Shown: piece after piece, positions 27,871 to 38,532 of the stretch
Layout: the number at the start of each line of letters is the position of its first letter
How positions within the stretch are numbered: position 1 is the first letter of the stretch
From: Acidobacteriota bacterium
GTDB lineage: Bacteria > Acidobacteriota > UBA6911 > RPQK01 > JAJDTT01
DNA: 64,000 bases
Direction: 5' to 3'
Assembly (NCBI GenBank): GCA_965217775.1
Contig: CBDCJH010000002.1
Location: forward strand, 3,712,001 to 3,776,000
Program-made: the position numbers and the translations under genes
The notes under the pieces: generated by a model
What the model was told of the DNA's origin: nothing
The model's input: the letters and a program-made list of their open reading frames with translations, nothing else
Database searches by the model: none

Positions 27871-29598
27871 TTGGCAGATCGATTCGATCCCATACTCTTC
27901 GAGGTGATCCGCAACGCACTGGTCGAGGCGACGGAGGAGATGTCGGTCTCGCTGCAGCGCACCTCCTACTCCACCAACATCAAGACGCGCCTGGACTACT
28001 CGTGCGCCTACGTGGACGCCCAGGGAAGGATGGTGGCGCAGGCGTTCTGCCAACCCGCCCATCTGGTGACCATCGGGCGGCTGGTCCCCCGGGCGGTCGC
28101 CGAGCACGGGGCGGAGAATCTGGAGCCGGGCGACGTCCTTCTGGTCAACGATCCCCACCGGCAAGCCAGCCACCTCAACGACGTCTTCCTCATCTCTCCC
28201 TTCTTCTACCGGGAGGAACTGGCCGGCTACGTCTGCAACACCTGCCATCACGTGGACGTGGGCGGAGGCGCCCCGGCCAGCATCGGCGCCTTCCGCGAGA
28301 TCTACCAGGAGGGCTTCATTCTGCCGGTGGTGAAGCTGGTCTCCCGCGGGGAGATCGACAGCGAGGTCTTGAAGCTGTTCCTGGCCAACGTGCGGGCGAA
28401 AAAAGAAGTGGCCGGTGATCTCCGGGCCCAGATCGCCGCCAACAACATGGGCATGCGCCGACTGTCGACCCTCTTCGATCGCTACGGACGCGAAACCCTG
28501 AACTTCTACATCGACAAATTGCTGGAGTACACGGAGGAACGCGCCCGGTCCGAACTGGAGAAACTGCCCCGCGGGACTTTCGAAGCGGAGGGCTGGCTGG
28601 ACGACGACGGGATCAGCGACCGCCCGGTGCATCTGAAGGCCAGAGTGACGCTGGACGGCCGCAGCGCCCGGTTCGACTTCACCGGATCGGATCGGCAGCG
28701 GGCGGCGCCCATGAACAGCAACCTGACGCAGACCTACACGGCCTGCGTCTATGTTCTGAAATGCCTGCTGGACCCGGACATCCCGGTCAACGAGGGCTTG
28801 TACCAATTGATCGAGGTGATTGCTCCGAAGGGCTCGGCCGTGAACGCCCGCCGGCCGGGCGCCATCGTCGGAGGCTGGGAAGTCTCGGTGCGGCTCTGCG
28901 AGGTGTTGTTCAAGGCTCTGGCTCCGGCTCTGCCCGACTCGGTTCCCGCCGGAACCAAGGGCATGATCTGCCAGGTCGGATTCGGGGGGAGAGATCCTGG
29001 CACCGGGGAGTACTATTCCTATTACGAGACTGCGGGTGGAGGCTACGGGGGCAGGAGCCGGACCGATGGGCCCGACGCGGTTCAGACCCACTTCCAGAAC
29101 ACGCAGAACGCGCCCATCGAGGAGATCGAGAGCAACTATCCGGTGCGGATCACGCGCTACGGCTTGATCCCCGATTCGGAGGGTCCCGGCCGGTTCCGGG
29201 GCGGACTGGGCCTCTGCCGGGAGTACGTTTTCGTGGGTCACGAGCCCTCCTACACCGTCCTTGCGGACCGGGTCCGATTTCCGGCGTGGGGGCTCTTCGG
29301 AGGCCGTTCCGGGAAAACGGCTCGCTACGTTTTGATCAGCGAAAACGGCGAAACGGACCTCCCGTCCAAGGCGACGGTGCAGCTCGAGGCGGGACAATCG
29401 GTTCGACTGGAGTCCTGCGGCGGCGGGGGATACGGATCTCCCTATGAACGGGACCCCGAACAGGTCCTGGCGGACGTGAGGCAGGAAAAGATCAGTCCCT
29501 TACGTGCGAGGGACGAGTACGGCGTCGTTATCGCGGGTAATGCAATCGATGGGGTGGAGACCGAACGTCTACGGACCCGGATGAAGGAACGGGCGTAA
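27871..29598 (+). CDS. hyuB: Hydantoinase B/oxoprolinase family protein (second copy)
   Basis: Same motifs as 8703-10463, with long identical stretches; TTG start. Confidence 0.92.
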   Translation: MADRFDPILFEVIRNALVEATEEMSVSLQRTSYSTNIKTRLDYSCAYVDAQGRMVAQAFCQPAHLVTIGRLVPRAVAEHGAENLEPGDVLLVNDPHRQASHLNDVFLISPFFYREELAGYVCNTCHHVDVGGGAPASIGAFREIYQEGFILPVVKLVSRGEIDSEVLKLFLANVRAKKEVAGDLRAQIAANNMGMRRLSTLFDRYGRETLNFYIDKLLEYTEERARSELEKLPRGTFEAEGWLDDDGISDRPVHLKARVTLDGRSARFDFTGSDRQRAAPMNSNLTQTYTACVYVLKCLLDPDIPVNEGLYQLIEVIAPKGSAVNARRPGAIVGGWEVSVRLCEVLFKALAPALPDSVPAGTKGMICQVGFGGRDPGTGEYYSYYETAGGGYGGRSRTDGPDAVQTHFQNTQNAPIEEIESNYPVRITRYGLIPDSEGPGRFRGGLGLCREYVFVGHEPSYTVLADRVRFPAWGLFGGRSGKTARYVLISENGETDLPSKATVQLEAGQSVRLESCGGGGYGSPYERDPEQVLADVRQEKISPLRARDEYGVVIAGNAIDGVETERLRTRMKERA

Positions 29599-29638
29599 TG
29601 GGTCGGCAAGGCGTTTCGTCCCGAGAGGAGACCTGAAC

Positions 29639-31546
29639 ATGAAAGAGTCGGCAATGGTGATCTCGATGATTGCGTTCTGTTTCGTCGGTTCGGTAATTCC
29701 GCAGGGGGCCGAAACCAGAAAAACCTGGGACGTGTCCGTGTTGAAAAACGTCATGATTCCCATGCGGGACGGGGTCAAGCTGGCCACGGACATCTACCTT
29801 CCCTCCGAGAACGGGCAGCCCTCCGATCGGAAGTTCCCGGTGGTCATGCAGCGGACCCCCTACGACAAAGAGGGCAAGTTCTTCAAGGAGGCCTCCGAGT
29901 TCTTTGTCAAGAACGGCTACGTCGCTGTGATCCAGGACTGCCGCGGCCGATTCCAGTCCGAGGGGGTGTTCTTTCCCTTCATCGACGACCCCGAGGACGG
30001 CTACGACACGGTGGAGTGGATGGCGAAGCACCCGTCCAGCAACGGGAAGGTCGGCACCTATGGAGTCTCGTACATGGCCTGGGTCCAGTTCCACCTGGCC
30101 GCTCTGAACCCACCCAGCCTGGTGACCATGATCCCCATGGAAGGCCCCATCAACGCCTATCACTACAGCATGCGCTCGGGCGGCGCCCTGCACCTGGGGC
30201 TTCTGCAGTGGATCGTCGCGGTGGCCGCCAGCAGCCAGGAAGCGAAGGACAAACCCTTCATCGCCGAACCCATCATGACCATGAGGACCGGGCAGAACTT
30301 CCTGGATTGGGCCTCCCGCATCCCCTGGCGGCGCGGCCAAACCCCCCTCGGCCTGACTCCGCAGTACGAGGACGCGGCTTTCAAGCTCTATTTCGACAAC
30401 AACGAATACACCGAATTCTGGCGCCAGCCCGGCCTGGGAATGGATGAGTACTTCGAGGACTACCCCAAGATGCCCATCCTGTGGGTGGTCGGCTGGTACG
30501 ACTGGTACCCCCGAACCATCAGCGACGGCTACCAGAAGATGGTCAAGCTGGGACGCGAGAACCAGTACCTGCTGATCGGGCCCTGGACGCACAACAACTT
30601 CGACCCCTCCCAGGGAGACCTCAATTTCGGCAACCAGGGGGACGGGATCGACACCTACGACAAGTTCCGCCAGTTGGAGCTGAAGTGGTTCGACCGCTGG
30701 ATGAAGGACGACGAGAGTGTCGATCTGGGGGAGCCGATCAAACTGTTCGTCATGGGCGGCGGGGACGGACGGAAGGCTCCGGACGGCCGCTTGAATCACG
30801 GCGGCGAATGGCACTACACGGATCGCTGGCCCCCGGAGGGGGTCCGGTCCACCAAGTTCTTTCTGCACCCGGACGGCAGCCTGTCAGACGAGAAGCCGGC
30901 CGCGTCCGGCTCATCCACCACCTACACCTACGATCCGAACGATACGGTATCGAGCAACGGCCGGTGCATCATCTCCTACGGTCCGGCTCTCAAGCTGGGC
31001 TTTCGGGGCATGGGACCCCGCGACCAGATCGAACTGGAGAGCCTGCCCGGACACGGCATACCGGGCTTGCCCATCTCCTCGCGCCCGGACGTTCTCGTTT
31101 ACCAGACCGACCCCTTGACCGAGGACGTGCGGATCTCGGGCAACGTGAAGGCAGTTCTCTGGGTCTCTTCGGATGCTCCCGACACCGACTTCTACGTCAA
31201 GTTGGTCGACCTGTACCCGGCCAGTGCCGACTACCCGGCCGGCTACGGCGTGCCCGTCTCGGAGGGAATCCTGCGGGCGCGATACCGGGAGAGTTTCGAG
31301 AAACCGGTCCTGATGGAGGAGGGGAAGAAATACCGGCTCGAGTTTCCGCTGCAACCGGCGGCCAACGTCTTCAAGGCGAACCACCGGATTCAGATCCAGA
31401 TCGCCAGCAGCAACTTCCCCAATTTCGACATCAATCGGAATACGGGGGATCCGCACGACCGGGGGTGGCGCATCGCCAACAATACGGTCTTCCACCAGTC
31501 GGAGAACGCGTCCTTCATCGAACTGCCGCTCTACCCGGTGAAGTGA
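29639..31546 (+). CDS. CocE/NonD family serine hydrolase
   Basis: MRDGVKL, RTPY, QDCRGR, GVSYMA, GWYD, GPWTH, SSNFPNFDIN. Confidence 0.92.
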   Translation: MKESAMVISMIAFCFVGSVIPQGAETRKTWDVSVLKNVMIPMRDGVKLATDIYLPSENGQPSDRKFPVVMQRTPYDKEGKFFKEASEFFVKNGYVAVIQDCRGRFQSEGVFFPFIDDPEDGYDTVEWMAKHPSSNGKVGTYGVSYMAWVQFHLAALNPPSLVTMIPMEGPINAYHYSMRSGGALHLGLLQWIVAVAASSQEAKDKPFIAEPIMTMRTGQNFLDWASRIPWRRGQTPLGLTPQYEDAAFKLYFDNNEYTEFWRQPGLGMDEYFEDYPKMPILWVVGWYDWYPRTISDGYQKMVKLGRENQYLLIGPWTHNNFDPSQGDLNFGNQGDGIDTYDKFRQLELKWFDRWMKDDESVDLGEPIKLFVMGGGDGRKAPDGRLNHGGEWHYTDRWPPEGVRSTKFFLHPDGSLSDEKPAASGSSTTYTYDPNDTVSSNGRCIISYGPALKLGFRGMGPRDQIELESLPGHGIPGLPISSRPDVLVYQTDPLTEDVRISGNVKAVLWVSSDAPDTDFYVKLVDLYPASADYPAGYGVPVSEGILRARYRESFEKPVLMEEGKKYRLEFPLQPAANVFKANHRIQIQIASSNFPNFDINRNTGDPHDRGWRIANNTVFHQSENASFIELPLYPVK

Positions 31547-31724
31547 GGAGGGGCGATATCCTTATCGCCCATGGAGGGGCGATTTCCAGTCGCCCATGGA
31601 GGGGCGATATCCTTATCGCCCATGGAGGGGCGATTTCCAGTCGCCCCGTGGAGGGACGATATCCTTATCGCCCATGGAGGGGCGATTTCCAGTCGCCCCG
31701 TGGAGGGACGACTTCCCATCGCCC
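31547..31724. repeat. Tandem array of seven alternating REP palindromes between convergent genes
   Basis: Units GGAGGGGCGATATCCTTATCGCCC and GGAGGGGCGATTTCCAGTCGCCC alternate with 2-3 nt linkers; a further REP lies near 31773-31798. Confidence 0.9.
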
Positions 31725-31799
31725 ATTCTCGACTGTAGAGCGAGGACTACCGTCCCCCCTCCCCCCCCTTTCGGCGGCAAGGATGCCGCCGCTCCTCCA

Positions 31800-33239
31800 T
31801 CAATCTTCATCCAGAATCAGTCTTCGGCGGTCTTTCTCACTGACCCCGGTGCGGACCTTGCGCGCAATCACCCAGAAGAACAGGCCCAGCAGCAGCCCCC
31901 CGATGAAGAGGGTCCACTCCAGAGGAAAACCGTCGGAACGCGTATAAGGCTCATACACCGTGATGGCGAGAAAGAACAGCGAGCCGACAATTCCCAGGCC
32001 TGCGGTGTAGACGCCACCGGGCACGCGGAAGGGACGCCGCCTTCCGGGCCGCTTCACCCGTAGGATCAGGACCCCCAGACAGACGAAAAAGAAAACGGTG
32101 GCCAGACACATGACTGCCATGCCGACAATGGGACCCAGACCTCCACGGCCCAGGAAACTGCCCAACGCGCCGATCAAGCCGACCAGGAGGACCGCGCGGC
32201 CGGGAGATCCGAACACGGGATGGACCGCGGCGAAGCCGGCCGGGATCATGCGGGCCCGGCCCAACGCGAAGACCAACCTCGAAGCCGCAATAAAGATGGG
32301 ATTGAGCGTCGTGATGAGACCCAGCAACCCCGTGAACACGATGATTCTTCCAAACAGCGGCGAATCGAATCTGGACTCATACGTGGCGGCCGTGGTCAGA
32401 CCCTCCAATCGGACGGCCTCCTGCCACGGCGTGGCCATGGACACGGAGAGAATCAGCAGACAGTAGAAAGCCCCACCCGCGGCGATGGAGGCGACCATCA
32501 TCAGGGCGGCCCTCCTCATGGGGGTTCCCGGCGACTTCTCCTCCATGACCTGGGGGATCGTGTCGAAACCCGCCATGAAGAACGGAGCCGTCATCAGCGC
32601 CGCCAGGATTCCGGGCCAGACCGATCCCATCCGGTCACGCTGGAAGAACGGTTCCAGGTTTCCCGTCTCTCCGAAGGCGATCCCGGCAATGATGAAAACG
32701 GCACAGGACACGATGAAGACGGCCGTGAGCACTTCCTGGAACCGGGCAGCCAGCTTCATCCCGCGATAGATCAGGGCCGTCATCAGGACCATTCCACCCA
32801 GCGCGATCAACAGGCTCCCTAAACGCACCGGATGTCCGCCCACCGAGTACAGTTCCGGTCCCGAAATGCCCGGGAAGAGGGCGTCCGCGATCAATGCCAG
32901 CGAGATCGCTTCCCAACTGGTCACGGCGATGTACTCGAAGGCCAGCAGCCAACCGCACAGGAAGGAGAGGCGGAGCCCGTAGACTTCATAGGTATACGCG
33001 ACCTCCCCGCCGGCGACAGGGAACATCCCCGCCATCTCCGCGTAGCAGAGCGCGATCACGAGCATGACCACCCCGCCCGCCGCGAAACCGGCGATGGCCC
33101 CCAGGGGCCCGGAGGTGGAGAGCCAGACGCCGGGATAGACGAGCCACCCGACCCCGACCACCGTGCCGTAGGCCAGCATGAAGAACTGGCGGGCGCTGAC
33201 CGCTTTCCTCAACTGCGGGCGTGGAATCGGATTCGTCAT
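31800..33239 (-). CDS. APC family amino acid permease
   Basis: About 12 hydrophobic segments; G.VVGVGW, YAEMAGMFPVAGGE, AGFD, SRLVFALGR, RPFRVPGG. Confidence 0.92.
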   Translation of the reverse strand: MTNPIPRPQLRKAVSARQFFMLAYGTVVGVGWLVYPGVWLSTSGPLGAIAGFAAGGVVMLVIALCYAEMAGMFPVAGGEVAYTYEVYGLRLSFLCGWLLAFEYIAVTSWEAISLALIADALFPGISGPELYSVGGHPVRLGSLLIALGGMVLMTALIYRGMKLAARFQEVLTAVFIVSCAVFIIAGIAFGETGNLEPFFQRDRMGSVWPGILAALMTAPFFMAGFDTIPQVMEEKSPGTPMRRAALMMVASIAAGGAFYCLLILSVSMATPWQEAVRLEGLTTAATYESRFDSPLFGRIIVFTGLLGLITTLNPIFIAASRLVFALGRARMIPAGFAAVHPVFGSPGRAVLLVGLIGALGSFLGRGGLGPIVGMAVMCLATVFFFVCLGVLILRVKRPGRRRPFRVPGGVYTAGLGIVGSLFFLAITVYEPYTRSDGFPLEWTLFIGGLLLGLFFWVIARKVRTGVSEKDRRRLILDED

Positions 33240-33244
33240 ATCCC

Positions 33245-34606
33245 CTATCTAAATAGCGAGTGGAGGGTCTTCAGGACTTCTTCGACCAGCACATCTCCCC
33301 CTTCGGGCCCGACCAGGAACTGGTCGGCGCTGTATCCGCCACCGGCCACCGCCTCCGTCGTCGGAAGGTAACCCGCCAACTGACTGGCCAACTGAACCGT
33401 GAAGGTCAACACGGCCGGGCTTCGCGCCTGAATGCGGATGGAATACTCCAGGTAGAGCTCAAAAGGGACGCTCACCAGCGCAACATCGCCCACGCGAATC
33501 ACGTGGACGCGAAACTTCCCGCCGCCGTCGATGGGATAGGGCGGTTTCCGCGACGGGTCGGCTCTCGGCAGGTCGAGATACAGGATCCTGTGCGTCAGTT
33601 GCAGCTTCCTCTTGATTCCGAACTTGGAGTACGGCAGGACGGCGTCCAAAGCGTCGGCGATGCGGAGGGCGATCTCCTGGCGGCTGGAAATGCCCTTACG
33701 CTCCAGCATGATCTGCTCGGCGCGTTTGCGAAACATCAGGTGCGGAGAAATGTCGCCTGAAGCGGCGCATTGAGGAAAGATGAACCAGTCGGCTTGATGC
33801 CGGTTTCGAACTTCCTGCCGGACCTCGTGCCAGAAGTCGGCGGAGACCTCCGAGATACCTTCGGTTTCCTGCGAGGGCGCGGCCAAATTGATCACGACGC
33901 CGGTGAGCTCCTCCTGGTTATTCCAGAAGAAGAGCATCGGCACCCCGGGATCCTCGAACCCTTCGATCCCCATGAAGTCTTCCCTGCTGGTGTCCCCGTA
34001 CATCACCGACTCGCCGCTGCGATAGACGGCGCGGCGGTTGTGTCCGACCACGGCTTGTCCCAGTCCCCAGCTCATGCCGGCCGGCTTGCGGCTCTGCCAT
34101 GCTTTCACCAGACCCTCGGACAGCCGGTTCACCAGCCACCGGCCGTACCCGGTTGAGCTCATGGCCACCGGCGGCGGTTCGTCGCCCCACCAGATGCTGA
34201 AGGTGCCGTCGACCTGACCCGGGGCGGTATGGGTGTGCGTGGCGTGAAGAAACACCTTCTCAGGGTCGAGATCCTTCACCTCTTGGGAGACCGAACGCCG
34301 CAGACCCTTTTCGGTGACCTGCCGGATGTAGCCGAGATCGCACGAGATCATGACGGCCTGTTCCAGCGAACGGCCGTCCTGCTTCGTTTCGAGAGCCAGA
34401 ACCGTCGCCGTTAGCGGATCTCGGGCCCGGCCAGCGATACGCGGACGTTTCTGACCCACGAGCGCCACTTCCCGGGGCGGCGTGATGACCACCTCGGCCC
34501 AGCCCACGTAGAGCGTCCCCTCGGAAGCAAGGGCCGGCACCGAAACCGCGGACAGAGTTATCGCAACAATGAGATGAAATGATACGGACGCTGGGAATGG
34601 CTTCAT
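33245..34606 (-). CDS. Secreted neutral/alkaline ceramidase-like amidohydrolase
   Basis: Signal peptide; VITPP, ATHTHTAP, HNRR, GDISP, PFELY, YLPT..A..GGGYS. Confidence 0.75.
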   Translation of the reverse strand: MKPFPASVSFHLIVAITLSAVSVPALASEGTLYVGWAEVVITPPREVALVGQKRPRIAGRARDPLTATVLALETKQDGRSLEQAVMISCDLGYIRQVTEKGLRRSVSQEVKDLDPEKVFLHATHTHTAPGQVDGTFSIWWGDEPPPVAMSSTGYGRWLVNRLSEGLVKAWQSRKPAGMSWGLGQAVVGHNRRAVYRSGESVMYGDTSREDFMGIEGFEDPGVPMLFFWNNQEELTGVVINLAAPSQETEGISEVSADFWHEVRQEVRNRHQADWFIFPQCAASGDISPHLMFRKRAEQIMLERKGISSRQEIALRIADALDAVLPYSKFGIKRKLQLTHRILYLDLPRADPSRKPPYPIDGGGKFRVHVIRVGDVALVSVPFELYLEYSIRIQARSPAVLTFTVQLASQLAGYLPTTEAVAGGGYSADQFLVGPEGGDVLVEEVLKTLHSLFR

Positions 34607-34666
34607 TATTATTCTCCGCTGGATAATCATAAGATACACAGTGAATTGACGACCTTCGAGAGTCTC

Positions 34667-35968
34667 ATGGAAGACAAGTGGAAGAAATCAAGGGAGTTCC
34701 TGGTTCGGGCCGAAGGATCCCTCGCCGGCGGCGTCAGTAGTCCTTTCCGGCGCAAGTCTCCGGTGCCCCTGTTCTTTCGGGATGGCTCGGGTTGCCGGCT
34801 GGAAGACGTGGACGGAAACCGCTACATCGACTACGGCCTGGGCTGGGGCCCTCTGATTCTGGGCCATCGCCACCCTGCCCTCTTGGAGACGCTTCGGTTC
34901 CAAGTGGAGCGTCCCTTTCACTACGGTGCCCAGCATGAGCTCGAGTCCCGTCTTTCCGAGCGAGTCCAACGGCTCGTCCCGTGCGCCGAACGGGTGGCCT
35001 TCACTTCCAGCGGAAGCGAAGCCGTGCAACTGGCCCTACGCCTGTCCCGAGCCTTCACCGGGCGCAAGCTCGTGGTCAAGTTCGAAGGCCACTACCACGG
35101 CTGGATGGACTCGATCCTGGCCAGCTACCACCCCCCGCTGGAAGAACTCGGGACTATCGAGCAACCTCGGACCGCGCCCGGCACGCGAGGACAACTGCTG
35201 ACGGCGCTGGATGATCTGCTGGTCTGTAGCTGGAACCGAACGGACCTGGTGAGGGACCTCTTTCGGCAGTATGGCGACCGGATCGCCGCCGTCATCATGG
35301 AACCGGTCCTCTGCAACAGCGGCTGTCTGCTGCCTCGGGAGGACTACCTGCGCAGCGTTCAAGAGCTCTGCGCCCGGCACGGCGCCCTCTTCATCTTCGA
35401 CGAGGTCATCACGGGCTTCAGGATCGCCCTGGGCGGCGCCCAGGAGCTTTACGGAATCACGCCCGATCTGTGTACCCTCGGGAAAGCCATCGGGGGCGGC
35501 CTGCCCTTCAGCGCGGTGGCCGGCCGCCGGGAAATCATGGAGCAACTGATGGACGGCGTCGCCTTCGGCGGGACCTACAACGGCAACCCCCTGTCCGTCG
35601 CGGCCGCCGACTCCACCCTGGCTGAACTCGAAAAAGACGGCGGCGCGGCACTGGCTCATGCCCGGGCCAGGGGAGAGAGGCTGATGGCGGGCTTGCGGGC
35701 ACTGGCCGCGAGCCGGCCGTTTCCGGTGAAGATCACCGGGCTGGGGGCGGCGTTCAGCGTCCACTTCACGAACAAAGACGACCTGGTCGACTATCGGGAT
35801 ACGCTGGGGGACGACACGGACCGTCTGAGTCGGTTCGTCATGGAAGCTCTGAAGGAGGGCATCTATCTCCTGCCCGACGGAAGATGGTACGTCTCGGCCG
35901 TCCACGGCGAAGAGGAAATAGCCGAGACGCTGGAAAAGATGGCACTCGTATTCCAACGCCTATGCTGA
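34667..35968 (+). CDS. Class III aminotransferase, glutamate-1-semialdehyde aminomutase-like
   Basis: GGVSSPFR, DVDGNRYID, SGSEA, KFEGHYHG, FDEVITGFR, LGKAIGGG, GTYNGNP. The catabolic context suggests a paralog rather than housekeeping hemL. Confidence 0.88.
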   Translation: MEDKWKKSREFLVRAEGSLAGGVSSPFRRKSPVPLFFRDGSGCRLEDVDGNRYIDYGLGWGPLILGHRHPALLETLRFQVERPFHYGAQHELESRLSERVQRLVPCAERVAFTSSGSEAVQLALRLSRAFTGRKLVVKFEGHYHGWMDSILASYHPPLEELGTIEQPRTAPGTRGQLLTALDDLLVCSWNRTDLVRDLFRQYGDRIAAVIMEPVLCNSGCLLPREDYLRSVQELCARHGALFIFDEVITGFRIALGGAQELYGITPDLCTLGKAIGGGLPFSAVAGRREIMEQLMDGVAFGGTYNGNPLSVAAADSTLAELEKDGGAALAHARARGERLMAGLRALAASRPFPVKITGLGAAFSVHFTNKDDLVDYRDTLGDDTDRLSRFVMEALKEGIYLLPDGRWYVSAVHGEEEIAETLEKMALVFQRLC

Positions 35969-38412
35969 ATCCCGCAGCACCGTGGAGGCTCTCGGCACTG
36001 ACCCTGAGGGCTGTTTTTTCGTTCTCGATTCTGCTGGCGTACGGGGCAGAAATTCGGGCGGCCGGCCAGGAATCCGTCTGCCAAGGGGAATATGAGGAAG
36101 CCCTGTCCCTGATTCTCCAGGCCCGGACGGTCGAGGCCAGAGACAAGCTCCGGAAGTGCCTTTCCGGGGACCGGGCCGACGCCGACCTGCATTATCAGCT
36201 CGCCCGCACCCACATCATCGACTTCAACCAGTCGCGCAATGCCGGCGAGGGTCGCCAGTCTCTGGGGAACGCCGTTCGTGAGCTGGACCGGGCGCTCGCC
36301 ATCGAGCCTGAACATCTCAACGCCCTTCGGCTGAAGTACCCGATCCACCGGGGAAAGGGCAGCATCCACTACGATCCCGGCGGCGCCTACGAGCTGGCCC
36401 GGAAGGTCATGGATCTTCAGCCCTCGTCCCACCCGTTTCTGCTGAACGTCGCCGAGTGGATGGGACTGAGCGGGGTCCGCTTCTACGTCGAGAGCGAAGA
36501 CCGGGTTCCGCATGATTCCATGATCGGACTCGATCGGGCCGCCTCCCTCCTGAAGCAAATGCTCGGAGAAACGGTGCCATTCACGCCGGACGAGGAGTCG
36601 GCGCTCATACTGCTGGGCAAGGTCCAGGCAAAGAGCGGCCGGCACGCGGAGGCCATCGAGACCTATCAGTCCGCGCTGTTGCGGCGCCTGTCGCCCGCTC
36701 AGCGGATCGAAGCCTTCCGCGGAGCCGGAACCAGCCATTTTCACCTGGGCAACTATCCCGCGGCCGGCAAGTCCTTTCTCAATGCTCTGCAGATTCGAGT
36801 CGATCCGTTCAGTCAGTGGCTGTTCAAACTGGTCCTGGACCGGTTGGGAAGACTGCCTGTCGATTTTCCGCCCGAGCTGCTCTTTCCACTTCGCCGGGAG
36901 CCGACCCATCCGGCGAACCCACCCCTCCTGGAATTCACCGACGTGGCCGCCGAACTGGGTGTCAACCGGCGGGACGGTCACGGCACGTGCGCCTGGGGAG
37001 ACTACGACGGAGACGGGGACCTGGACCTGCTCCTGGGCGGGAGGGACACCTTCATCGCGCTCTACCGCAATGACGGGCGTCGGTTCGTGGAGGTCACGGA
37101 TCGGGCGGGGCTGGCGAAGGTTCCATCGGGCTACAGTCTCAACTTCGTCGACTACGACGACGACGGAGCGATCGACATCTACTTGTCCCTCAACGGCTGG
37201 AGCGGCCCCATGGCCAACCGGCTTTTCCGCAACCGGGGAGACGGAACCTTCGAAGACGTCTCGCAACGGGCCGGCGTGGCGGATCGGGGCTCCGGGTTCG
37301 TGTCCCTGTGGGGAGATCTCGACAACGACGGAGACCTGGACCTGGTGGTGGGCAACGGGGTTCTGAGGGACGGGTCGACGACTCGGATCTACCGAAACAA
37401 CGGCGACGGGACGTTTTCCAACGTGACTCGACAAGCCGGCTTGGCGGAGCCTCCCGAATTCGGGACCATCGGAATCGCGCTGGGCGACTACGATCGGGAC
37501 GGAGACCTCGATCTGTTCATCAACGGCTGGGCTCCCGCTCCCAACCGCCTTTATCGCAACAACGGCAATCTCAGCTTCACCGAGGTGGCCCGGCAAGCGG
37601 GGGTCGTTCAGCCCGCCCACGCCGGATACGTCTGTTTCTTCTTCGACTACGACAACGATGCCTACCCCGACATCCTGGCCACCAGTCTGGGGACCTGGCC
37701 GGCGGTGCTGGCCGGTCTGCAGCGGTCATATTCCATCCCCAACCTGGAGGCGGTCGATCCCAACGCCCCCCGCCTCTTTCGAAACAACCGGGACGGGACC
37801 TTCACCGATGCGACCTGGGAGGCCCGGCTCCACTATCCGGTGGGCAGCATGGGCGCCGGCGTGGCCGACGTGGACAACGACGGTTACATCGACATCTTTT
37901 TCGGGACGGGAGACCCGCAGCTTTCCCGCCTGGAGCCCAACCGTTTCTTCCGCAACAACGGTGACGGGACTTTCTCCGACCTGACCATGACCTCGGGGCT
38001 GGGGCACATCGGAAAAGGTCACGGCGTGACCTTCATCGACTACGACGAGGACGGCGACCTCGACATCTACGCCCAGATCGGGGCGGCCGATCCCGGGGAC
38101 ATGTGGGAGAACGCCTTCTACAAGAACCAGAAGGGGAACCGGAACCACTGGCTTCAGGTTGATCTCGTCGGAACCCGAAGCAACCGCTACGGCGTGGGAG
38201 CGACGCTGGTGGCCCGTGCCGGCGGCTTGATCGTGCACCGCGAAGTGAAGGGCAGCGAGGGATTCGGATCCACCAACCCCTATCGGGTGAGCTTCGGGTT
38301 GGGTCGCAGGACTCGGGTCAACACTCTCGACGTCATCTGGCCGAGTGGGCAGAAACAGACCCTCCAAGACCTGCCGGCCGACAGGCAGATCGTGGTGAAG
38401 GAAGGCGAATAG
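35962..38412 (+). CDS. TPR plus FG-GAP repeat CRTAC1/ASPIC-UnbV family protein
   Basis: N-terminal TPR-like helices; multiple DYDGDGDLD / YRNNGDGTF repeats; C-terminal NHWL...FGLG...WPSG. Confidence 0.9.
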   Translation: MLNPAAPWRLSALTLRAVFSFSILLAYGAEIRAAGQESVCQGEYEEALSLILQARTVEARDKLRKCLSGDRADADLHYQLARTHIIDFNQSRNAGEGRQSLGNAVRELDRALAIEPEHLNALRLKYPIHRGKGSIHYDPGGAYELARKVMDLQPSSHPFLLNVAEWMGLSGVRFYVESEDRVPHDSMIGLDRAASLLKQMLGETVPFTPDEESALILLGKVQAKSGRHAEAIETYQSALLRRLSPAQRIEAFRGAGTSHFHLGNYPAAGKSFLNALQIRVDPFSQWLFKLVLDRLGRLPVDFPPELLFPLRREPTHPANPPLLEFTDVAAELGVNRRDGHGTCAWGDYDGDGDLDLLLGGRDTFIALYRNDGRRFVEVTDRAGLAKVPSGYSLNFVDYDDDGAIDIYLSLNGWSGPMANRLFRNRGDGTFEDVSQRAGVADRGSGFVSLWGDLDNDGDLDLVVGNGVLRDGSTTRIYRNNGDGTFSNVTRQAGLAEPPEFGTIGIALGDYDRDGDLDLFINGWAPAPNRLYRNNGNLSFTEVARQAGVVQPAHAGYVCFFFDYDNDAYPDILATSLGTWPAVLAGLQRSYSIPNLEAVDPNAPRLFRNNRDGTFTDATWEARLHYPVGSMGAGVADVDNDGYIDIFFGTGDPQLSRLEPNRFFRNNGDGTFSDLTMTSGLGHIGKGHGVTFIDYDEDGDLDIYAQIGAADPGDMWENAFYKNQKGNRNHWLQVDLVGTRSNRYGVGATLVARAGGLIVHREVKGSEGFGSTNPYRVSFGLGRRTRVNTLDVIWPSGQKQTLQDLPADRQIVVKEGE

Positions 38413-38532
38413 AGCCGCTGTGAGAGGGGAGTGCCAATCCCCCGCTCCCCGGATTCGGGGATTGAAAACCCCCGCCCCCATAGATCGAGATTGGAGCGGC
38501 GGTTGGTGTAGAATTGTCGGCAGGTCCCTCTC

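Noticed and set aside
31547-31724. Possible CRISPR array
   Set aside because: Repeats are separated by only 2-3 nt with no unique spacers, and there are no cas genes; the units match dispersed REPs.
34667-35968. Housekeeping hemL
   Set aside because: No tetrapyrrole genes are nearby and the context is catabolic, so no gene symbol was assigned.
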